Shown piece by piece: positions 49,843 through 60,369 of a DNA stretch of 64,000 nucleotides; position 1 is the stretch's first letter; each line of letters starts with the position of its first letter. A model generated the notes under the pieces. That model was not told the origin of the DNA. It saw only the letters and a list, made by a program, of their open reading frames with translations, and made no database searches. Source of the stretch: a bacterium. GTDB lineage: Bacteria > Pseudomonadota > Alphaproteobacteria > Rs-D84 > CACZYB01. The DNA is taken from assembly GCA_014803575.1 (NCBI GenBank), contig JAAVBO010000022.1, positions 4,138 through 68,137 of the forward strand, in the 5' to 3' direction. Made by a program: the position numbers and the translations under genes.

Positions 49843-50112
49843 TTATTTTCTTATGTTTAATTTTTTAATTGTTTCTTCATAAGATTTTGGGTTAGTTCTT
49901 TTTAAATAGCTTAACAATTTTTTTCTGTTGTTCACCATTTTTGTTAAACCCATTTTTGAAGCATTATCTTTTTTATTTGTTTTGAAGTGTTCTGTTAAAT
50001 TGTTAATTCTTTCGGTAAGAATTGCAATTTGAACAACACTTGATCCGGTATCTTTTTCATTGATTTTAAAATCTTTGATAAGAGCTTGTTTTTTTTCTTT
50101 TGTTATTGACAT
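49843..50112 (-). CDS. rpsO: 30S ribosomal protein S15
   Basis: [21 protein letters not shown].. Confidence 0.9.
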   Translation of the reverse strand: MSITKEKKQALIKDFKINEKDTGSSVVQIAILTERINNLTEHFKTNKKDNASKMGLTKMVNNRKKLLSYLKRTNPKSYEETIKKLNIRK

Positions 50113-50122
50113 TTTGTCCCTT

Positions 50123-51043
50123 TCATAAGTTAAAAATTCGTATAATTTTTAGTTTATTGTTTATGTTTTTAACTATCGCTTGAAGGGTTTGATTGTAATG
50201 GACTTGATAAAGGGTGTTATCCCTTAGATTATTGAAAAGTGAGGAAGAAAGGGCAATGCCGTTTCTTAACTTTTCATTTTGTTCCTTTGATATATCAAGA
50301 ACCAAGATGTCGTTTAGTCCGTATGATACAGGATACAAAAAATCGCCAATACAATTTCGCACATCCAACGATTTGTTTGTATTTTGCATTATTTTTTCCA
50401 GTTTGTCAAGAGATATCGAATCGTTTATGGTGAATTTGCCGTTTTGTGTGCGGTGCAGGTAAGAAATATGTCCGCAAGAGCCGAGGGCGGTTGCTATATC
50501 TCTTCCGATTGAGCGGACATAGAAGCCTTTGTTTGCAGTGACGGTGAATTGAAATTCTGTGTCTGATATTTGCGAGAGGAGTTTTAGGTCGTGTATAAAG
50601 TTTGGGCGAGGTTGTATTTCGAAATCTTTTCCGTCTCTTGCTAGTGTATAGGCACGTTTGCCGTTTATTTTGATTGCGGAATATTTTGGGGGAGTTTGTT
50701 CTATCGCTCCTGAAAAAGAAGGGAGGATTTTTTCAATTTCTTCTTTTGTCGGGATATGGGAGGAGGTGTCTATAATCTCGCCTTCCTTATCATCTGTTGT
50801 TGTAGATGAGCCAAATGTTATATTAAATATATAAGTTTTTTTACCGTCCATTTGGAATTGGATTGTTTTTGTGGCTTCGCCTAAAGCAATGGGAAGGACT
50901 CCGGTTGCAAGAGGGTCAAGTGTGCCTGTGTGACCTATTTTTACCTTGCCAAATATGGGAAAGAGTATTCTTTTTACCTTGAATACTACATCATTGGAAG
51001 TTATTCCTAAGTCTTTATTTATATTTATAAAACCGTTTAGCAT
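50123..51043 (-). CDS. truB: tRNA pseudouridine(55) synthase TruB
   Basis: [15 protein letters not shown] catalytic motif. Confidence 0.9.
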   Translation of the reverse strand: MLNGFININKDLGITSNDVVFKVKRILFPIFGKVKIGHTGTLDPLATGVLPIALGEATKTIQFQMDGKKTYIFNITFGSSTTTDDKEGEIIDTSSHIPTKEEIEKILPSFSGAIEQTPPKYSAIKINGKRAYTLARDGKDFEIQPRPNFIHDLKLLSQISDTEFQFTVTANKGFYVRSIGRDIATALGSCGHISYLHRTQNGKFTINDSISLDKLEKIMQNTNKSLDVRNCIGDFLYPVSYGLNDILVLDISKEQNEKLRNGIALSSSLFNNLRDNTLYQVHYNQTLQAIVKNINNKLKIIRIFNL

Positions 51044-51102
51044 AAATTTGCCTTTTTTTTATTTTATTATTATATATTTTTTATTTTTTACAATAAAAAT
51101 TA

Positions 51103-51130
51103 TTGACAAGACAGGGTTTGCGTGTATAAA
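51103..51130 (+). promoter_or_regulatory. sigma70-like promoter (TTGACA-16-TATAAA)
   Basis: Seen in sequence upstream of 51159 ORF. Confidence 0.4.
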
Positions 51131-51158
51131 TAATGTTTTTTAATTTAATATACGGGGT

Positions 51159-51503
51159 GTGATTATGAACAGTTCTGATTTCTTTTTGCCGATAAGTTTT
51201 ATTTCTAATGAAAAGGAAAAAAAATTATTTGATGAGAGAAATAAAAAATTTAAATCCATTGAAGAACTTTTGGGGGATAAGGAGCTTATTCGTGCGATGG
51301 CTTTTGTTAATATTATGAGAAAGGATAGATATTTAATAGATATTATCGCAAGCATTGTGAATAAAATTGCAGTTAAGGCGAAACTTAATGTCAGGATGAA
51401 TGATTTTGCAAATAATGTTAAACTTGATATTGAAATTGCAAAATTAAGAAAAAATTATCATTTAAGACAAAGAAAATTGTTGAATAAAAATCGTTCACGT
51501 TAA
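51159..51503 (+). CDS. small hypothetical protein (114 aa)
   Basis: No motif; convergent with mutS. Confidence 0.35.
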   Translation: MIMNSSDFFLPISFISNEKEKKLFDERNKKFKSIEELLGDKELIRAMAFVNIMRKDRYLIDIIASIVNKIAVKAKLNVRMNDFANNVKLDIEIAKLRKNYHLRQRKLLNKNRSR

Positions 51504-54190
51504 TTTATAAGATTTTTTATTTCATATAAAATTTCAAGTGCGGATTTAGGAGTAAGTTCGTCAGGGTTTAATTCTTTTAATTTTTTTTCAAGTATTTCTG
51601 AATTTTTATTTGTTTTTGTTGGGTTTGTTTTTGTGTTGTATGAAAATAAATCCATTTCGTTTATTTTCTTTATTGCATTTTTTGTTTTTGCAAGGTTTTC
51701 ATCGGATTCAAAATTATTTAGGATTTGTGTCGCCCTTTGGATAACACTGTTTGGAATACCAGCAATTTTTGCAACATGTATTCCGTATGATTTATCAGCA
51801 ATGCCACATATTACTTTGTGAAGGAAGATTATGTCGCCTTCGTATTCCTTTATTTCCATTGTGTGGGTGCTTACGTTTGAAAGTTTTGAAATGCTTTCGG
51901 TTAATTCGTGGTAGTGGGTTGCAAAAAGCCCGCGACATCTGTTTATATTGTTTAGGTATTCAAGAACGGCCCAAGCAATTGACAGACCGTCGAATGTGGC
52001 GGTGCCTCTTCCTATTTCATCAAGTATTACGAATGAGTGTTCGTCTGCTTGGTTCAGGATGGTTGCGGTTTCGCTCATTTCCACCATAAAAGTTGATTGC
52101 CCGCGGGCGAGGTTATCGGATGCTCCGACACGGCTGAATAATTTGTTTACAACACCTATGTGTGCGGAAGTTGCCGGAACGAAAGAGCCAATTTGTGCCA
52201 TTATTATTATGATTGCATTTTGGCGAAGGAATGTTGATTTTCCGGCCATATTAGGACCGGTTAAAATCCACAGTTTGCTTGAGTCCTTTGTATTTTCTAA
52301 AATACAATCGTTTGGTATAAATGTTGCATTTTGTTTTTTGATATTTGCTTCGACTACCGGATGTCGACCATCAATTATTTCAAATGCCAGACTGTTATCA
52401 ACTAATGGTTTTGTATAGTTATTTTCAATTGCGATTAATGCCAGATTTGTGAATACATCAAGGTTTGCAATGCTTTCTGCAAATTTTTCTATATCATTTG
52501 TTTGATTTAAAATATCGGTGCAAAGTTCCTTGAACAATGATAATTCCAATGATACATATTTTTCATTTGCAACAAGGATTTTTTGTTCGATTTCTGTTAA
52601 TTCGTTGGTGGAAAATCTTACATTATTGACAAGGGTTTGTCTGTGGGTGTAAGTTTTATTTCCCATAAGGGATGTTGCCTGTTTAAGTGGGACTTCTAAG
52701 AAATAACCGACAATATTGTTGTATTTTATTTTAAGATTGCTTATGCCGGTATCAAGAATGTATTTTGATTGTAAATCAAGTATTATTTGTTTTGTATTTT
52801 GTTGTATGTTTTTGTATTCATCAAGTGTAACGTTGAACCCTTCCTTTATAAATCCGGCATCCTTTGTGGTAAGCGGTGCGTCGTCAATTATCGCATTTTT
52901 CAGTTTTTTTGAAAGGTTTGTAAAATCCTTTAATCCGTCAAGTATTTGTGTCAGCGGATTTGTAATAGTTTTTTTAAGTTCGTCTTCCAATTCATCTTTT
53001 AAATACAATGATAGTTGTAGGGAGTTTGCAAGATTTTGTAAATCCTTTGGTCCGGCACGATTTAATGTGATACGACTTATTATTCTTTGAATATCAGAAA
53101 TTAAGATTAGTTCCGCTCTTATTTGCGAAAGCAGTTCGGAATGTTCGGTGAAAAATTCGACTATGTTTAAGCGGTCGTTTATTTTTTTTGTGTTTGCAAG
53201 CGGTGTGCTTAGAATTTTACGTAAAAGTCGGCGACCAAGGGATGTTTCTGTTTTATCCAGTATTTCAAAAAGGCTTGAATCTTTTATATTTTCATCATTT
53301 ATATTATTAAAGATTTCAAGATTTTTTATGGAGAATGCGTCGATTTGTAAAAAATCAGAATTTTTTTCCTTGGTTGGGTATTTTAGGTTTGGTTTTGTGC
53401 CTATTTGTGTGATTTGTATGTAATTCAGTATTGCACCACAGCAAGATATTTCTTCGTTTGTGAAATTTCCGATGGAAGCAAGGGTGGAAATTTCGAATTG
53501 TTCGCATAGATTTTTTTGTGCATTTATTGTATCAAAAAAGCTTTCCGGTTTAATTACCAATTTTTGTTTGTGTTCGCTTATTATTTCTTCGAATTGTTTA
53601 TTGTTTAACAGTTTTTCGGATATGATGATTTCAACCGGATTTTTTATAAGTAAAAATGATTGAAGTTCGGAAATTGAATTAGTATCCCAGTTTTGCAGTG
53701 TAAATTCACCGGTTGAAATGTCGGCGATAGCGATAGTTATGTGTGGTTCCAAACCATCCTTTACATAAACAGAGCAGAGGTAGTTATTTAATGAGCTGTT
53801 AAGTAAATTATCCTCGGTTAATGTGCCGGCGGTGATAATTCTTGATACTTCCCTTTTTATAACAGCCTTATTTCCACCACGAAGTTTTGCTTCCTCCGGA
53901 GTTTCTGTTTGGTCGCAAATTGCAACTTTGTATCCTTGTTTTATCAGTTTTGGCATATATGATGAAAAGGCATGATGTGGAACGCCACACATAGGAATAG
54001 GTTTACCGTAGTAGGTTCCCCTGTGTGTGAGGGCTATGTCCAAAGCCTTTGATGCTATTTCTGCATCCTCAAAAAATAGTTCGTAAAAATCACCCATACG
54101 ATACATAAGAAGGTAGTCCTTATGCTTTTCCTTTACTTCTAAATATTGAAGCATCATAGGGGTTGGTTTAGTATTATTTTCTGTGGTCAT
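51500..54190 (-). CDS. mutS: DNA mismatch repair protein MutS
   Basis: GPNMAGKST Walker A, MutS domains I-V. Confidence 0.95.
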   Translation of the reverse strand: MTTENNTKPTPMMLQYLEVKEKHKDYLLMYRMGDFYELFFEDAEIASKALDIALTHRGTYYGKPIPMCGVPHHAFSSYMPKLIKQGYKVAICDQTETPEEAKLRGGNKAVIKREVSRIITAGTLTEDNLLNSSLNNYLCSVYVKDGLEPHITIAIADISTGEFTLQNWDTNSISELQSFLLIKNPVEIIISEKLLNNKQFEEIISEHKQKLVIKPESFFDTINAQKNLCEQFEISTLASIGNFTNEEISCCGAILNYIQITQIGTKPNLKYPTKEKNSDFLQIDAFSIKNLEIFNNINDENIKDSSLFEILDKTETSLGRRLLRKILSTPLANTKKINDRLNIVEFFTEHSELLSQIRAELILISDIQRIISRITLNRAGPKDLQNLANSLQLSLYLKDELEDELKKTITNPLTQILDGLKDFTNLSKKLKNAIIDDAPLTTKDAGFIKEGFNVTLDEYKNIQQNTKQIILDLQSKYILDTGISNLKIKYNNIVGYFLEVPLKQATSLMGNKTYTHRQTLVNNVRFSTNELTEIEQKILVANEKYVSLELSLFKELCTDILNQTNDIEKFAESIANLDVFTNLALIAIENNYTKPLVDNSLAFEIIDGRHPVVEANIKKQNATFIPNDCILENTKDSSKLWILTGPNMAGKSTFLRQNAIIIIMAQIGSFVPATSAHIGVVNKLFSRVGASDNLARGQSTFMVEMSETATILNQADEHSFVILDEIGRGTATFDGLSIAWAVLEYLNNINRCRGLFATHYHELTESISKLSNVSTHTMEIKEYEGDIIFLHKVICGIADKSYGIHVAKIAGIPNSVIQRATQILNNFESDENLAKTKNAIKKINEMDLFSYNTKTNPTKTNKNSEILEKKLKELNPDELTPKSALEILYEIKNLIN

Positions 54191-54202
54191 AATTTATGCT
54201 TA

Positions 54203-54337
54203 TTATTTTTGAATTGGTTTTAAATCCTCTGGAATAACAAGTGGATTATTTTCAGGTAAGTATTCATTATATTTGCAATTGCAGGTGCAATTTGCAAGTG
54301 TTAAAGATAGTATACAAAGACTTAATAATTTATACAT
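54203..54337 (-). CDS. very small putative lipoprotein (44 aa)
   Basis: Internal ATG with RBS gaggtg; LTLANC lipobox; the longer 93-aa ORF-track frame overlaps the upstream transporter gene. Confidence 0.3.
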   Translation of the reverse strand: MYKLLSLCILSLTLANCTCNCKYNEYLPENNPLVIPEDLKPIQK

Positions 54338-54348
54338 TTTACACCTCG

Positions 54349-55389
54349 TTAAATAGTTTCGCCGTCGTGAGTTAAAAGCACGGCAATTTTTTTTGTTTGT
54401 GGAATTTCGTGAAGAATTATTGTTAATATTATCATTATCGGAACAGAAAGGAACATTCCCATAATTCCCCAAATATGTCCCCAAATTACAAGTGATAAGA
54501 TTAAAACCAAAGGGCTTAGGTTTAAGCTGTTTCCTGTTAATTTCGGGTCAATGATATTTCCTATTACAAGTTGTGTTATGATTATTCCTGTGGTTATTAT
54601 TGTAAAAGGAAGTAATGTGTCGTTAAATTGAAGTAATGACAAAAGTATTGGAAAAATTGATGCAACAATTGAACCGAATGTTGGGATAAAGTTTAATAAA
54701 AACATTAAAATTGCCCAGAATAAAGAGAAGTCAAGGTTTACGCTTTTCATTATTATGTATGATATTATTGCGGTAAGAAAACTTGTGAAAAATTTTACAA
54801 GCATATATGTGCGAATCTTTGAAAATATTTTTGTGAAGATATTTTTTACGGTTTTTAAATTCTTTTTTTCCTTGAATAAAAGAGGAAGTTTATTTATCAA
54901 ACTTTTTTCTTCTAATATTAAAAATAGTATGTATACAAGGACCATAGCGGTGCTACTTACGAATCCGGCAAAATTTTGAACGACATAGTTTATCAGCTTT
55001 GGTATGTTTATATTTTGTATTATTGTTTTTGAATTTAATGATGTTATATGAAAATATGTCATTATTTTATCAACTAAAAGTGTGAAGTTTTGTTGATATG
55101 AACTAAAAGTTTTTGATACGTCGTTTATATTTGTTTTTATACCTATTACTATAAAATAAACTATACTTGTAATTGTTATTATGGCAAGGAGTTTTGTTGT
55201 ATGGGTTGTCCATTGAGGGAAATTTAATTTCTTTATAAATAAATCCTTAAATGATCTGTCTATTATATAAATAATACACCAAAAAAATAAGGCAATTACA
55301 AAAGGCAAAAATATATTTTGTGTAGTTTTTAATACATATAAAATCAGAAATAACAGTATTATGTTTAATGATATATTTTTTCTGTGCAT
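54349..55389 (-). CDS. AI-2E family transporter (PerM-like) membrane protein
   Basis: 8 TM topology and conserved C-terminal GxxG...P motifs of AI-2E/UPF0118. Confidence 0.7.
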   Translation of the reverse strand: MHRKNISLNIILLFLILYVLKTTQNIFLPFVIALFFWCIIYIIDRSFKDLFIKKLNFPQWTTHTTKLLAIITITSIVYFIVIGIKTNINDVSKTFSSYQQNFTLLVDKIMTYFHITSLNSKTIIQNINIPKLINYVVQNFAGFVSSTAMVLVYILFLILEEKSLINKLPLLFKEKKNLKTVKNIFTKIFSKIRTYMLVKFFTSFLTAIISYIIMKSVNLDFSLFWAILMFLLNFIPTFGSIVASIFPILLSLLQFNDTLLPFTIITTGIIITQLVIGNIIDPKLTGNSLNLSPLVLILSLVIWGHIWGIMGMFLSVPIMIILTIILHEIPQTKKIAVLLTHDGETI

Positions 55390-55503
55390 TTTTAATCCTC
55401 AGTGTTTTTTAGAATAAATTTATGATAACATATAAAAAAAAATTCTTCAATAAAAAAGGACTTTGAAAAAAACAAAGTCCCTTAAAAAATATTTATAATT
55501 TTA

Positions 55504-56310
55504 TTAGTTTGGCATATATTGTATTGCTTGAAGCATTGCCATTAAGATATATGTTGAATATACCAATACTGTGATACCTATGACAAGGAAAGTATATCCG
55601 AAGAAAGATAATACCTTTACGATAGGTGCATAATATTTTTTCAACCAATTAGAATCTAGTATTATTATTTGAATTATGTTGAAACCTGCTATACAAATTA
55701 TGAATGCAATTATGCTTTTAATGGCTTCTGCACTTGATTGTTGTGTTGAAATTCTTGAATATGGAATTAATGCAATGATTGCGATTAAAACTATATACAA
55801 GAATTGTCTTCCTGTTGTCTTTCCGAAAAATGCACCTAGCTTTTTTGTTCTTGTGAATGATGGTGCATATTGAGAATCGTTTGCTTTGTCTTCGGTTGGT
55901 TTAAAGAATGTGAAGAAAGGTTTGCATATAACAGTTCCGACTATTGAATAAAAGCCACTGATTCCTAATGAATGAGCACGTTTATATCCGATTGAAATTC
56001 CCATTAATGCGATTAATAACATTATTATTCCGTATACCAAATCAAGTGTAGGATGTAATGTTATGTTTGAAATAACAGAAAATATTAAATCTATTACCAA
56101 TGAAGTGATGGTTAATATAAATGTGGAACCTAAGAATAATTCCTTTGATATATTACCATTAAATGAAAATAGGAAGTTTAACAATCCTTTTTTATTCTTT
56201 GTTGAAGTTGTTGTTTTTGTAGCAACAGTTTTTACAGGTGCTGTATGAACCTTTTTTGCTGTTGCAGGTGTTTTTTTTGTTGGTTTTGTAGTTTTTTTTG
56301 ATACAACCAT
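55504..56310 (-). CDS. membrane protein with K/T-rich N-terminal tail, hypothetical
   Basis: N-terminal KKTTKPTKKTPATAKK then 5-6 TM. Confidence 0.45.
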   Translation of the reverse strand: MVVSKKTTKPTKKTPATAKKVHTAPVKTVATKTTTSTKNKKGLLNFLFSFNGNISKELFLGSTFILTITSLVIDLIFSVISNITLHPTLDLVYGIIMLLIALMGISIGYKRAHSLGISGFYSIVGTVICKPFFTFFKPTEDKANDSQYAPSFTRTKKLGAFFGKTTGRQFLYIVLIAIIALIPYSRISTQQSSAEAIKSIIAFIICIAGFNIIQIIILDSNWLKKYYAPIVKVLSFFGYTFLVIGITVLVYSTYILMAMLQAIQYMPN

Positions 56311-56466
56311 TTTTAACTCTCCTTAGTTGTTAGTTTTACTTTTTTAGTATACAAGCATATTTTGTAAAATACCAGCAAAAATATTTTTGTTATGTTTTTT
56401 TATTTAATTGATTTCGTTTCTTTATTGTTATAAAGTATGAAAAAAAATAAACAACAGGAAATTATT

Positions 56467-57576
56467 ATGGGACTTAAATGTGGTATTGTCGGTCTTCCGA
56501 ATGTTGGAAAATCTACTTTGTTTAATGCGCTTACTCAAACTATACAGGCTGAATGTGCGAATTATCCGTTTTGTACGATAGAGCCGAATTCCGGTGTTGT
56601 GAGTGTTCCCGATGAAAGACTTGTTAAGCTTTCTGAGGTGGCGAAATCAAAGGAAATACTTCCTACAAAGCTTGAATTTGTGGATATTGCCGGACTTGTG
56701 AAAGGAGCAAGCAAAGGTGAGGGTTTAGGTAATCAATTTTTAGCGAATATTCGTGAGGTTGATGCGATTATTCACGTTGTTCGTTGTTTTGAAGACGGGA
56801 ATATCATTCATGTTGAAAATGATGTTAATCCTATTCGTGATATAGAAATTATAAATACGGAATTGATGCTTTCCGATATGGAATCGCTTCAAAAACGTTT
56901 GCCTTTGCAGGAAAAAAAGGCGAAAAGCGGTGATAAGGAGGCGGTGTTGATGGCGGATATGATAAAAACCGTATTGTCGGCTTTGGAAAATGGAAAGCCT
57001 GCTTTGACTGTGAAACCCCTTAAATCAGAGCCGGAGAAGTTGCGGGTGTATAATATGTTGCAACTTTTGACTTCTAAACCTGTGCTTTATGTTTGTAATG
57101 TTGATGAGGAAAGTGCGGGAGTGGGTAATGATTTTTCAAAAAAGGTATTTGAGTTTGCTTCCTCTGAGGGGAATGTTGCGACGGTTATTTCCGCGAAGAT
57201 AGAGCAGGAGATTGCTTCCCTTTCAAATGAAGAGGAAAAAAAGGAGTTCTTGGAAACTCTTGGGATAAGTGAAACTGGGCTTTCCAAAATTATAAAGGAA
57301 GGGTATAAGCTTTTAAACCTTATTACATTTTTTACAATAGGTCCGAAAGAGGCGCATGCGTGGACGGTTGAAAACGGTGCAAAGGCGCCGGAGGCTGCGG
57401 GTGTGATACATTCTGATTTCCAGAAGGGTTTTATCAGGGCGGAAGCTATATCAACAGAGGATTATTTGAAATTCGGCGGTGAAGCCGGTGCAAGGGAAAA
57501 TGGAAAACTTCGTACAGAGGGAAAAGAGTATACGGTTCAAGACGGAGATATTTTCCATTTCTTATTTAATACATAG
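56467..57576 (+). CDS. ychF: redox-regulated ATPase YchF
   Basis: GIVGLPNVGKST, C-terminal TGS domain; ATG 56467 with RBS preferred. Confidence 0.9.
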   Translation: MGLKCGIVGLPNVGKSTLFNALTQTIQAECANYPFCTIEPNSGVVSVPDERLVKLSEVAKSKEILPTKLEFVDIAGLVKGASKGEGLGNQFLANIREVDAIIHVVRCFEDGNIIHVENDVNPIRDIEIINTELMLSDMESLQKRLPLQEKKAKSGDKEAVLMADMIKTVLSALENGKPALTVKPLKSEPEKLRVYNMLQLLTSKPVLYVCNVDEESAGVGNDFSKKVFEFASSEGNVATVISAKIEQEIASLSNEEEKKEFLETLGISETGLSKIIKEGYKLLNLITFFTIGPKEAHAWTVENGAKAPEAAGVIHSDFQKGFIRAEAISTEDYLKFGGEAGARENGKLRTEGKEYTVQDGDIFHFLFNT

Positions 57577-57579
57577 TTT

Positions 57580-59340
57580 TTGGAGGGGATGTTGCCTATC
57601 AGAGTTTTATCGCAGAATTTAATAAATCAAATTGCCGCTGGGGAAGTGATTGAGAGACCTTCGTCCGTGATAAAGGAGTTGGTGGAAAATGCTTTGGATG
57701 CCGGTGCAACAAAGATTGATGTTAGTGTTAGGCAAGCCGGAAAATCATATATATGTGTTGCGGATAACGGAAGTGGGATGAGCAAGGCTGATTTGGAAGT
57801 TTGCATCCTTCGGCATGCGACATCGAAACTTCCAACCGATGATTTGATGAATATAAATTTCCTCGGGTTCCGTGGGGAGGCGTTGCCTTCTATTGCCTCG
57901 GTTTCTAAAATGATAATTACCACTAATAACGGTGTGGAGTGTTGGGCTTTGCATATAGATGGTGGTGAGGTCAAAAAAATTGTGCCTGCGTCCTATGTCA
58001 AGGGAACGAAAATAGAGGTGATGGATTTATTTTACAATGTGCCGGCTCGTCTGTCGTTTCTTAAAACCGACAGGGGGGAGATGTCGGCGATTATTGATGT
58101 GGTGGAGCGAATCGCACTTTGCCATCCGGACAAGGATTTTACTCTTAATGACACTTTGCGTTTAAAGGCTACTGATAAAACTTCTCGCGTGTGTGATGTG
58201 TTGGGTCGTGATTTCAAAGAAAATCTTATTGAAATAGATGCGGTGAAACACAATCTTAAAATCAGCGGGTTTATAAGCAGACCTACTTATAATAAGGGCA
58301 GTTCGGCTACACAATATTTTTATGTGAACGGAAGGGCATTGAAAGATAAACTTCTTCTTGGTTCTTTGAAGGCCTCCTATATGGATGTGATTGAGAAGGG
58401 AAAATTTCCGGTATGTGTTTTGTGGATTGAAATTCCTGTCTTTGATATTGATGTGAATGTTCATCCGCAAAAGGCGGAGATTCGTTTTAAGGAGCCGGCG
58501 AATGTTCGCGGATGTATAATTTCGCTTATCCGCAGTTATCTTTCAAATGTGGAAGTAAAAGCGAATGTGATTGATTTAAAAAATACCTTTGAAGACAGGG
58601 GAAAAATAACATCGAATATTTTGGAATTTTCGAATGAGTTGCAACGTCCGCTTAATGTTTCCGAATCGGTGCAAAGGGGATTTGGTGATAATATTTTGCC
58701 CATGAGTGTGAATAGTGAAACAGTGGCGATGGATGAAGTTTCGTCCGATGATGAAAGACTTGATTATCCGTTGGGGGTGGCACGTGGACAACTTCACAAT
58801 ACCTATATTATTTCGCAGGTTGCAGACGGGATTATTATTTTGGATCAGCATGCTTGTCATGAGCGAATCGTTTATGAAAAGATTAAGCGAGAGATTGCTT
58901 CGGGTGGTATAAAAAAACAAATAATGCTTATTCCTGAGATAGTTGAGCTTGGTGAAAAAAAGGCGGGTATGCTTTTGGAAGTGAAGGATGAGCTTTCTTC
59001 CTTTGGTTTGGAGATAGAGGAGTTTGGTGGTGGTGCGGTGATTGTTCGTGAAATGCCGGCTATACTTGGAGATTGTGATTTGCAAGCATTTATCAAAAAT
59101 ATTGCTGATGATATTGATGAGCTTAATAAAGCACAAATTTTAGAGGATAAAATGGCGATGATTTCAAAAACTTTTGCGTGTCATACTTCGATTAGGGCGG
59201 GGAAAACTTTGACTGTGGAGGAGATGAACGAACTTCTTCGTCAGGTGGAGAGTTGTGAAAATGCGGGGCAGTGTAATCACGGAAGACGCAGTTATGTGAA
59301 GATAAGTTTGTCGGATTTGGGAAAACTTTTTGACAGGTAA
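57580..59340 (+). CDS. mutL: DNA mismatch repair protein MutL
   Basis: GHKL ATPase motifs (ELVENALDAGAT, DNGSGM). Confidence 0.9.
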   Translation: MEGMLPIRVLSQNLINQIAAGEVIERPSSVIKELVENALDAGATKIDVSVRQAGKSYICVADNGSGMSKADLEVCILRHATSKLPTDDLMNINFLGFRGEALPSIASVSKMIITTNNGVECWALHIDGGEVKKIVPASYVKGTKIEVMDLFYNVPARLSFLKTDRGEMSAIIDVVERIALCHPDKDFTLNDTLRLKATDKTSRVCDVLGRDFKENLIEIDAVKHNLKISGFISRPTYNKGSSATQYFYVNGRALKDKLLLGSLKASYMDVIEKGKFPVCVLWIEIPVFDIDVNVHPQKAEIRFKEPANVRGCIISLIRSYLSNVEVKANVIDLKNTFEDRGKITSNILEFSNELQRPLNVSESVQRGFGDNILPMSVNSETVAMDEVSSDDERLDYPLGVARGQLHNTYIISQVADGIIILDQHACHERIVYEKIKREIASGGIKKQIMLIPEIVELGEKKAGMLLEVKDELSSFGLEIEEFGGGAVIVREMPAILGDCDLQAFIKNIADDIDELNKAQILEDKMAMISKTFACHTSIRAGKTLTVEEMNELLRQVESCENAGQCNHGRRSYVKISLSDLGKLFDR

Positions 59341-59348
59341 AAAAATAA

Positions 59349-59371
59349 CCTCCAACAGGAGGCTTTTTTTT
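59349..59371. terminator. bidirectional terminator between mutL and exonuclease gene
   Basis: cctccaacaggagg hairpin + T8. Confidence 0.6.
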
Positions 59372-60044
59372 AATGTTGAAATATATCTTCGTCCCCCCAG
59401 CCTTGTAAATCCATTTCGTATCGGTATGGTAGAAATTCAAAGCATTTTTGTGCAAGTTCTAATCTTCCTTCACGTTTTAATTTTTCGGTTAGAATTTCCT
59501 TTATTTGATGAAGGTATAAAACATCGCCTGCGGCATATTCAATTTGTTTGTCGGAGAGTGTTTCAACTGCCCAATCGGATGTTTGTTCTTCCTTATTTAA
59601 ATCAACATTGAAAAATTCCTTTACCAATGCTTTAAGAGAGTGTCTGTCGGTTGATGTTCTGGAAAGTTTTGATGCAATTTTTGTGCAGAATACCGGTGTT
59701 GCATTTATTCCCAAACATTTTTTTATCATTGCAAGGTCCGCACGTGCGAAGTGGAAAATTTTTTCAATGTTCGAATTAGATAAAAGTTTTTTAAGATTCG
59801 GACAATCGTATGGAGGTTTAATGTGGACCACATAAATATTTCCTGTGCCGTCCGTTAATTGAACAACGCAAAGACGGTCGCGTAAAAGTGAAAGTCCTGT
59901 CATTTCTGTATCTACTGCAATTGGGCTTTTGAATTTAAGATTGTCGGTTAAATCGTCCTTTAAGTATATGATTTTATTTTCCATTTTTAAATCCTTTTTA
60001 TTTAAGTTTGGTTTTATTATATTATGAATTTGCTGGAATCGCAA
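59370..60044 (-). CDS. short RNase D-like 3'-5' exonuclease (DEDDy domain only)
   Basis: IAVDTEMTGL (Exo I) ... YAAGDV (Exo III); 224 aa, no HRDC domain. Confidence 0.65.
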   Translation of the reverse strand: MRFQQIHNIIKPNLNKKDLKMENKIIYLKDDLTDNLKFKSPIAVDTEMTGLSLLRDRLCVVQLTDGTGNIYVVHIKPPYDCPNLKKLLSNSNIEKIFHFARADLAMIKKCLGINATPVFCTKIASKLSRTSTDRHSLKALVKEFFNVDLNKEEQTSDWAVETLSDKQIEYAAGDVLYLHQIKEILTEKLKREGRLELAQKCFEFLPYRYEMDLQGWGDEDIFQH

Positions 60045-60369
60045 GAGGTATATTTCCGATTCTTTCCCAGAAAAGTGCGACTTGTAAAAAATAAAAAGAA
60101 TCTTTGAAAACTTTTGTGTGCTTTAACTTATTGAATCATCGCTGTTTTTTAAGTGATTTTTGCTGAGAATAATTTCTTTTTTTATTAAGAGTCAATAAAA
60201 GAAAGTGTCAAGAAATAAAAAAAAATTTTAGACTTTATTTTTTGTTTTTTAATTTCTAATATAACCCTGTATCGTGATTGATTATTAAATTAAAAAATTA
60301 TGATACGGTTGTTTTGAGAAAGCAACCTTAATGAGAGAAAAGGGTAAAAGAGAAGGAGTTCTTTTTAAA

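Noticed and set aside
60045-60330. oriC with DnaA boxes upstream of dnaA
   Set aside because: No clear TTATCCACA/TGTGGATAA boxes seen in the 285-bp AT-rich region. In alphaproteobacteria oriC is often not adjacent to dnaA, so no origin is called.
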